Source of the DNA: Priapulus caudatus
Taxonomy: Eukaryota
Length of the DNA: 64,000 bases
Reading direction: 5' to 3'
Assembly: GCF_000485595.1 (NCBI RefSeq)
Contig: NW_014577085.1
Location: 766,844 to 830,843 of the forward strand
This document shows positions 54,961-64,000 of the stretch, one piece after another. The position numbers and the translations under genes are program-made. The notes beneath the pieces are model-generated. The model had not been told where the DNA came from. It saw only the letters and a program-made list of their open reading frames with translations, and did no database searches. Every line of letters begins with the position of its first letter. The stretch's first letter is position 1.

Positions 54961-55029
54961 CAGAAGGATGTAGCGCAGTGCGCTAAACAGCGTGTTATTT
55001 TCGTATTTGTGCCAAACTACGTATCGTAG

Positions 55030-57654
55030 GAAACCGTTCTAGCCTAGCAGAATGCCCTAGTTCCTGAGATCGGCGATTTGGTACCCCAATGGGTCTCCAT
55101 CTTTAAAAATATCAGTCTGGTGCGGCGTAGGCTGTGATTGAAAGACACAAAGTGTCAATCCTTGGCGCGCCTCGGCATCATGGCCGCATCACGTCGAGGT
55201 TCGTCGCCACTCCGGGCAGGCTCAGATGTAGCCGCTGTTTATCTGTCATAAACTCTCTTCGCTACATAATCATGCTTGTAAGCAACTAGTTCCATACAGC
55301 TATGTGTTTTCTCTGTGTATTACATATTGCTAAGCTAGGAGCTCAGAAGGACATTTCGAAACCGCAAAACCAACAGCATCGCACTATTACAGTAATTTTT
55401 TTCATTTACAAAACTCAATTTGTTGGTACAAATGTGAGTGCATCTTGTAAATTGGTCCAAGGTTTCAATAGTCCCAGGAACATTGGATATTGATGGCCGA
55501 TTTTTGTATATAGAAGCATTTGAAACTAGTAGCTTTCATTAGTTTTAGCATTGCACATTTTTCTATTCATATTTTTGTTTGTTTTAGGGCATACAAAAGG
55601 GCGTAACAATGATTACAGGCAAAGGTCAGTCATAAAAGAAATCAATATTTTAAAGAAATGCTTTGCCACCCGAATTTCTATATTGGTTGCCTGTCTTGAA
55701 TTATTAAGGCCGACAAAAAAATTACCCTTGGTTAGGGTCACCCGCCTGACTGAAATAATTATTGTTTTGTTGTAATCAGCCAATAAAATGTGCGAGTAGC
55801 GGCGTTTTGGCGAGTCGGTCGGTAAAACAAGCAATATTTTATCTTAGGCCTTGGCTAGCTGAAACAGGGCTAAGCTTGAAAAGGTAAAGCTTGAAAAGTG
55901 AGGAGAGTTGTGATCTAAGTGAGTATGTTGCCAAGCGAAGGAATAACAATATTTATAGTAGTATAATGTAATAACACTGAGCCATTATTAGCTATTAGGT
56001 TAACAGCAGAACTAAATGTATTTTCACATTTTATTTTGTAAAAATCAACATCAAAATGTTATTCATGCTCACATAATTTACACTGATCAATGCAATGTCC
56101 TACTCAACTACAATGATTGACAGGCTGACAGCTAGCCGCTAGCTATAGTGCTGCTATTATAGAAGTATTTAAAAAATTAAAATGTCACTTAGTAACAAAG
56201 TGTCACAAAGTTAACAATTTAAAGTTAAAGCTGCCAGGGGCGACCCCTGTGTGACAAATCTTCTAAAGTCATTTGTTAGGCATCCGTGTTATTTCCAGGA
56301 ATCAGACAGATTTGCCATTATGCAAGTATGCAGCCAGTGTGATGATTTGGAATGTTGTAAGCGCACACTTGCACCAATTTGGAAGATGGGCATAATATAA
56401 TAACAGCAGCGGCAGCTCAAACAAGCTGCCGCAACCACATCCCAGAAGGCGCATGTTAAAAAAATACAACAACAAATGTAAGCAACTCTATAACTATCAG
56501 TACGAGTCAAAGATTGAAATTTAACAAGTGCCGCGGAGCGACAGCGCTCATCTAACGTCTACTGCGGTGACTCTGTGGTGGAGTGGTGGGATTCTAGTAA
56601 ACCCTGTTAGTCCCAAATGTGTTCACATACACGCCGAAACAGTGGAATGCATAGGGAGTCAGGGATGGTATCAGGAACCTTCTCAAAGGAATGTTCGTTG
56701 GGATCGTTATGTGTTAGAAATGTGCCTACGAGATGGCGCGTACTTGAAGTGCTTCAAGATTAAAGATGGAAGCTACCATCGTACGTAGTGAGCAAACAAC
56801 TATTTGCAAGACAGAATAGTGTAAGCACTCATCCATTTACTGCGCAAGCCTACAGGCTGCAATAGAGAGCTGCCACCTGTAACCAATTAATGCAGGCAAA
56901 AACTACACAGTACCACCACCACATGCCACTGGCAGTGGCCACTGCAGTGGCATACGTTACATCAGGAGAGATAAGAGGGAAGGAGTGTGACATCAATAAA
57001 CAAGGGAAATTCGTGTCATTTACTAGCCTATAATAGCCTACGATTTACTACGCATAATCATCCAACTTGAGCTCAAATCGGACACATTACATTCGCATAG
57101 CATCGTGCGAAATCGTTTCCTCGTATACAGCCCCAATCCGAGATACGACTAAAACGACGACACGATTCTCCATTCTTGGCACTCAATCCAAATCCATTGC
57201 GGCGCCTCTAATTCAAACAAAAGCAGCTACCTAACCAACAGCTTGCTAACAACACAGCTCACAACACAACACAGCTCTACTAGCAACATCTCGGCAGTGA
57301 AATCTTTCTAAGCAGACAGTAAACAAATCCATGTTTTAAAGCCCTCCTCTTGAGGGTCAAAAGGTTATCCGACACTTACTCTTCACATGTTAGCAGAAGG
57401 TACATTTCATGGTCCTTTCAATAAAGCCATAAAAATGCTAGGTCACCGCTGAAACAAAAAGATTTTCAATCGCTCGTCAGACCATGTCTCAGAAAATGTC
57501 TAAAATCTGCCTGTGCCCATTGACCTTTGACCTGTGACCTCCAATTTCGACACAGTGATGGCTTTTCCTACAGATGCTATATACACCGACTATCACGAGC
57601 CTAGGTCGAGCCGTTTAGATTTGTGCCACAATTCTGCCATTTCCTCCCTATAAC
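55030..57654. repeat. Copy 1 of a ~2.6-kb direct duplication flanking the N gap at 57655-57841
   Basis: Collinear with 57842-58563 plus 61607-63518; differs by many 1-2 bp indels. Confidence 0.9.
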
Positions 57655-58988
57655 NNNNNNNNNNNNNNNNNNNNNNNNNNNNNNNNNNNNNNNNNNNNNN
57701 NNNNNNNNNNNNNNNNNNNNNNNNNNNNNNNNNNNNNNNNNNNNNNNNNNNNNNNNNNNNNNNNNNNNNNNNNNNNNNNNNNNNNNNNNNNNNNNNNNNN
57801 NNNNNNNNNNNNNNNNNNNNNNNNNNNNNNNNNNNNNNNNNGAAACCGTGCTAGCGCTAGCAAATGCCCTAAGTCCTGGGAGATCGGCGATTTGTACGGC
57901 CCAATGGGTCCCGCCCATCTTAAAATATCAGTCTGGTGCGGCGTAGGCTGTGATTGAAAGACACAAAGTGTCAATCCTTGCGCGCCTCGGCATCAGGCGC
58001 ATCACGTCGAGGTTCGTCGCCACTCCGGGCAGCTCGATGTACGCCGGCTGTTATCTGATCATAAACTCCTCTCGCTACATAATCATGGGCTTGTAAGCAA
58101 CTAGTTCATGCAGCTATGTGTTTTCTCTGTGTATTACATATTGCTAACTAGGAGTAGGAGCTCAGAAGGACATTTCGAAACCGCAAAACCAACAGCATCG
58201 CACTATTACAGTAATTTTTTCATTTACAAAACCAATTTGTTGGTAACAATGTGAGGTGCATCTTGTAAATTGGTCCAAGGTTTCAATAGTCCGCAGGACA
58301 TTGATATTGATGGCCGGATTTTTGTATATAGAAAGCATTTGAAACTAGTAGCTTTCATTAGTTTTAGCATTGCACATTTTTCTATTCAATATTTTGTTTT
58401 TTAGGGCATACAAAAGGCGTAACAATGATTACAGGCAAAGTCAGTCATAAAAGAAATCAATATTTTAAAGAAATGCTTGCCACCTGAATTTCTATATTGC
58501 TGCCTGTCTTGAATTATTAAGGCCGACAAAAAATTACCCTTGTTAGGGTCACCGCCGCCGACTTCACATTTCGGAGTGAAAAAAGTGCGATTGCGGTCAC
58601 TTTTAAGAGGGTCTCAAGAAAAATTAAATTCAAAGATACCGCTGCCGATCATATACATATATTCAAAATCGACTCGTCATTTATTTACCTAAAGAGAAGT
58701 CTCAAATATTTATAAACAGAACTTCGTTGCGAGAAGGAAACAGTTCGTACCTATGTTTCCTACAAGTAAAACAGTCGATGCATGGACCGGCTACTTCATA
58801 AACAGAGCCTGAAGGTCGAAGGCGGCGGCGTCCGCTTGATGTACGCGATCCGATCGCGTACTATATAGTATACGGCATGCTATCATGCTATACGCGGCCG
58901 CAGAGCCGTTTACACTTTGGGTACTCGCTCGTTCAAAGGATGATTAATCGAGCTCCGTTTTTGAGGCATTCCTAACACTACTATCCAG

Positions 58989-60763
58989 TAGTGCTGTGTG
59001 TCGGATCCGACATAACCCAAAATCCGATCGCGACAGCATTTTTGAAAATCCGAATCCGAATCCGAATTCGATGGCTATTTTGAATCCGATCGAATCCGAA
59101 TCCGATGGCAATTTCTGAATTCCGAATCCGAATCCGATGTGTATCGCTAAATTCCGATCCGAAATCCGATCCGAAATCCCGACCCGAATCCGGAACATAG
59201 AAATGCAAATAGTGTGACAGACATCGTGTAAAATTCGGTTATAATTGTTTCAACATCAAACTTTGGGTTGTTGAGACAAGGGATGGGGTGAAGGGGACTG
59301 TAGACGTAAGAAAACGTAAGACGTAAGAGACGTAAGACGTAAGAGACGTAAGACGGTTTCTTATCAAATCCCGAAAAACTATAGTTCAATAACAATAACC
59401 GGAAAAATTGGCAAAACATAACTATTACCTTAGTGTGGCTAATGTAAGGCGGGCAGATTGCATATGCCACGGGAGAGCGATAGCGACGGCGGAAAGTGCA
59501 ATCTTGGCGCCACAGTGTCGAGAGGTTGTCACAACATGCTGAGAATGACGCTACGCGAGCCAGTCGAGCACGTACGAGAGAAGCAATGATCGAGCGGCGG
59601 AGCTAGGTTTCCCGGGCATTACGCCTGGTGACAACCTAGACGCTGACCAGATGACCTATGACATCAGGCAGGAATGCATCATGGAATTCGGCCAAGTACG
59701 AGCCGAGAGCGAAGACATGCATATCCGTAGCATCGCTCTGAGTAATGGCGAAGGTAAGGACTGCATTCCCGTATTTGGTATGTTCCAGTTGGCCGGAGGA
59801 AGCGGAGAAAGAGCTATAACGAGAGGTGACGTAGGAAAGGGCGCGCGTATATAAGGTGGACCATTGCTTCTCGGGCTCTTGTTAGAAAGACACCGATCGA
59901 GAAAGGTGGTAAGTGCGTGATACGGTTGCATATGTAAATGAACGTCTTGCTAGTCTGTAGTACATGAGTTTCTATGTTGTATTATGTAGTAAAACACTAC
60001 TGAACGCTACTTCTCGTCTTGTCTCTGTTCTTTACTTGTCTCTAAGTTCATTACAGAACCTCTTAAACAAGGTAGCGCGAATCAGGTGTTACAATATATA
60101 TACGCCATGCCGGCGATGTCTGTGAGTGCACGTTGCGTGTGCGTGCGTGCGTGCGTGCGTGTGGTCGTACACGTACGTGCATGCGTGCGTGCGTGCGTGT
60201 TAACGTACACGTGCGCGTGCATGCACGGTACGTACACACGCACCCACGCACGCATGGACGCCCGTGTACGTGCACACGCACGCACGCACGCACGCACACA
60301 CACACGCAGCGCAGCACTTGTACTTGCACACGCACGCACGCACACACATACGCATGCACGCACCGCAAACACATACGCATGCACGCACGGCACACACGCA
60401 CGCACGTACGTGTACGACCACACAACCCACACCACGCACACAAACACGCATGCACACAACGCACGAATCACGAACGTGTACGTGCACAACGCACGCACGC
60501 ACGCACCGCACGCACGCACGTGTACCTACATACGTACAGCATGCACCGCGCACGCACGAACAACCACGTGCACACGCACGCAATCCGAATCTCGAACCGA
60601 CAGCATTTTTGAAAATCCGATCCGATCCGAATCCGACGACAATTTTGGAATCGCGAATCGAATCCGAATCCGATCTTAAAAATTGTAAATCGATCCGAAT
60701 CCGAATCCGATCGGATTCGGATTGGAATCGGATTCGGATTATCGGATCCGACGCACAGCACTA
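58989..60763. mobile_element. Non-autonomous hAT element with (GAATCC/ATCCGA)n subterminal arrays, 8-bp TSD
   Basis: TIRs tagtgctgtgtgtcggatccga / tcggatccgacgcacagcacta; CTATCCAG at 58981-58988 and 60764-60771. Confidence 0.9.
59527..60093 (+). mobile_element. Probable solo LTR nested in the hAT element
   Basis: TGTCAC...GTTACA ends, TATA-like tatataag near 59848, agtaaa near 59988; no clear TSD. Confidence 0.45.
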
Positions 60764-63339
60764 CTATCCAGGTCAGGTTCTCCCTACGTTGCGCAAAACG
60801 GGGCGCGCAAAAAACTCCCTCCTGTTTCAATCGTTGCGCCCCGTTTAAATTACCTCCGCCCGAATTAAAGTTCTACCACAATAAAAGTTGCCAGCGGGAA
60901 TCGAGTCGTCAAGAATTCACTCGACCAGGACACCCGCGCGTGCATTTTCCCCTGCCACGCAGGCACTGCAGACAATACACAAGTACAAACAGTCCAACCT
61001 GTCCCACACCCAACACTAACTGTACATCCGACTCGGCTATCTATATATACAAGAACCCAAATACGTCTATGTGTGGTGGCGATTTTACGCATTAATTAGT
61101 GGTACGGTAAAAAAAACACGCCCCCCCCCCCCGGACCCTCCTAGTTTCTCCAACCCTCCCCTCCCTCCCCGTCTGTTGAATTTCATCTGGGAGAACCCTG
61201 CAGTGTTTCACATTTTGAAAACAATGTCATGACTTGCAGCAATGGTACATGCAATGCAAGTCATTGGCATCTCGTGGCCCTGCATTCAAGCTGTATACCC
61301 TATATTTTTTTAACTTGTAAAAAAAATTATATTTCTGCCTACCCATGCTTTTGCAGGAAAAAAAAGAAAATGTTATACCTACCTACCTACCCTAATTTCC
61401 ACAATCCATGTGACCCGAACCAAAGGTATTTTTTTGTTTGGCCTAATGATTTTATGGCTGCTAAGTTTTTAACAAATACATATGTAATAGGTTGGGCCAC
61501 CCATGAAAAATCTTTTATTTTGTTTTGACAAGATGTGTGTATGTATATATTGTATATTCTGTTTTGTGTACATATGTTTTTGCGAACGAATTTGATTTTT
61601 TTGCGAACTGAAATAATTATTGTTTTGTTGTAATCAGCAATAAAAGTGCGAGTAGCGGCGTTTGGCGGAGTCGGTCGTAAAACCAAGCAATATTTTATCT
61701 TAGGCCTTGGCTAGCGAAACAGGGCTAAGCTTGAAAGGTAAAGCTTGAAAAGTGAGAGAGTTGTGATCTAAGTGAGTAGTTGCACAGCAAAGGAATAACA
61801 ATATTAGTAGTATAATGTATAACACTGAGCCATTATTAGCTATTAGGTTAACAGCAGAAACTAAAGTATTTTCACATTTTATTTTGTAAATCAACATCAA
61901 AAGTTATCTGCTGCACACTAATTTACACTGATCAATGCAAATGTCTACTCAACTACAAGATTGACAGGCTTGACAGCTAGCGCTTGCTATAGTGCTGCTA
62001 TTATAGAAGTATTTTAAAAATTAAAATGTCACTTAGTAACAAGTGGCACAAAGTTAACAATTTAAAGTTAAAGCTGCCAAGGGCGACCCCTGTGTTGACA
62101 AATCTTCTAAAGTCATTTGTTAGGGCATCCGTGTTATTTCCAGGAATCAGACAGATTTGGCCATTATGCAAGTATGCAGCCAGTGTGATGATTTGGAATG
62201 TTAAGCGCACACTTGCACCAATTTGGAAGATGGGCATAATATAATAACAGCAGCGGCAGCTCAAACAAGCTGCCGCAACCATCATCGCAGAAGGCCGCAT
62301 GTTAAAAAAATACAACAACAAATGTAAGCAACCTAATAACTATCAGTACGAGTCAAAGATGAAATTTAACAAGTGCGGCGGAGCCGACAGCGCTCATCTA
62401 ACGTCTACTGCGGTGACTCTGTGGTGGAGTGGTTGGATTCTAGTAAACCCTGTTAGTTCCCAAATGTGTTTCACATACACGCCGAAACAGTGGAATGCAC
62501 GGGATGGTATCAGGAACCTTCTCAAAGGAATGTTCGTTGGGATCTGTTATGAAAGTGCCACGAGATGGCGCGTACGTTTAAGTGTCTTCAGATTAAAGAT
62601 GGAAGCTACCATCGTACGTAGTAGCAAACACTATTTGCAAGACAGAATAGGTGTAAGCACTCATCCATTTACTGCGCAAGCCTACAGGCTGCAATGAGAG
62701 GCGTGCCACCTGTAACCATTAATGCAGGCAAAAACTACACAGTACACCACCACATGCACATGGCAGTGGCCACTGGCAGTGGCATACGTTACTCAGGAGT
62801 AGATAAGAGGGAAGGAGTGTGACATCAATAAAAAGGAAATCGTCATTACTAGCCTTATAATACCTACGATTTACTACGGCATAACCATCCAACTTGAGCT
62901 CAAATCGGACACATTACATTCGCATAGCATCGTGCAGAAATCGTTTCCTCGTATCACCCCAATCCGGAGATACGACTAAAACGTACGACACGATTCTCCA
63001 TTCTTGGCATCAATCGCAAATCCATTGCGCGCGCTCTAATTCAAACAAAAAGGCAGCTACCTAACCAACAGCTTGCTAACAACACAGCTCACAACACAAC
63101 CACAGCTCTACTAGCAACTCGCGCAGTGAAATTCTTTCTAAGCAGAACAGTAAACAAATCCATGTTTAACCCTCCTCTTGAGGGTCAAAAGGTTATCCGA
63201 CACTTACTCTTCACATTGTTAGCAGAAGGTACATTTCATGGTCCTTTCAATAAAGCCTATAAAAATGCTAGGTCCCCGCTGAAACACAAAGATTTTCAAT
63301 CGCTCCGTCAGACCATGTCCTCAGAAAATGTCTAAAATG

Positions 63340-63773
63340 CTGCCCTGTGCCCATTGACCTTTGACCTGTGACCTCCAATTTCGACACAGTGATGGCTTTT
63401 CCTACTATGATGCTATACACCGACTATCACGAGCCTAGGTCGAGCGTTTAGATTTGTGCCACACGAGCCTAGGTCGAGCCATTTAGATTTGTGCTGCAAT
63501 TCTGCATTTCCTCCCTATACCTTAAGTTAAGGAGTGAATGTTCCCTTCTTTTACACCTCTTGACCTTTGACCTTTGACCCCCAGCTTCGACATCCCAACT
63601 CGTTTTCGGATTACCCCCCCACGTTCCGAATATCGTGACCGTACGTCGAGCGGTTAAGATTTGTGCCCAACTGTTGACGGACGGACGGACGGACGCACAG
63701 ACGCTCGCACGGACGGACAGACGGACGATCATGCGATTCTACAAGCTGCATCTGACTATGTCAGATGAGCTAA
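63340..63773 (+). mobile_element. 3' part of a non-autonomous Helentron/HINE (DINE-1/pearl-type) element
   Basis: tgacctttgacc core motifs, a (GGAC/AGAC)n microsatellite at ~63677-63727, then a terminal hairpin agct-g-catctgac-tat-gtcagatg-agct and an A/T-rich flank. The 5' boundary was not determined. Confidence 0.55.
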
Positions 63774-64000
63774 TAATATAGCATTATGTATCATATGTTA
63801 TCACATGGCAAAATACCAGATGTACTTTGCCTGATTGTTGAATACACAACACTGGCTATTTCAGTGACTCAGGTTCTATAGTGTATAATCATGCATATAT
63901 CTAAGCATTAAAGAATAGTGTCACAAACACATCAATGCGTGAGGAGATCGCGAGTCTTTCTTCTCTCGCCATGATCCATGCACAGTATGACGCCTATCAT

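Larger units (their letters stand above)
58521..61443. mobile_element. GGCC-terminated non-autonomous element with TAA TSD (PIF/Harbinger-like), containing nested insertions
   Basis: Left end ggccgacaaaaaattacccttgttagggtcac versus right end gtgacccgaaccaaaggtatttttttgtttggcc; TAA flanks. Confidence 0.6.
57842..63518. repeat. Copy 2 of the duplication, with an extra ~3.05 kb (58564-61609)
   Basis: Begins gaaaccgt... like 55030; rejoins copy 1 at actgaaataattattg (61607 versus 55749). Confidence 0.9.

Overview
Eukaryotic (invertebrate-type, TTAGGG-bearing) genomic DNA from a gappy draft assembly. The left ~35 kb is dense in microsatellites and minisatellites, is CpG-rich, and holds one intronless minus-strand KCTD8/12/16-family gene (24389-25261). 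The right half holds a large minus-strand MGA-like transcription factor gene, which I rebuilt by hand from splice signals: a ~6.4 kb exon carrying the MGA Cys/His domain (45566-51945), two small exons encoding the helix-loop-helix-zipper (44080-44188, 42395-42509) and a last exon with 21 Ala/Ser-Asp-Phe repeats (40671-41725). All intron phases match, giving about 2550 aa with no T-box visible in the window. The most striking point is that the canonical bHLH basic region (VKRMHCRT) lies stranded in the intron just after the giant exon. It sits behind a TGA that doubles as a consensus GTGAGT donor, so the spliced product would lack the N-terminal half of its DNA-binding basic region. The rest of the window is non-autonomous DNA transposons with readable TIRs/TSDs (5-, 6-, 8- and 3-bp TSD classes, including two ~40-bp palindromic ones), probable solo LTRs, a Helentron/HINE-like end, and two duplications flanking N gaps that may be uncollapsed haplotypes. 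Most short ORFs in the track are repeat artefacts. No database searches were run; family calls are from motif recognition.
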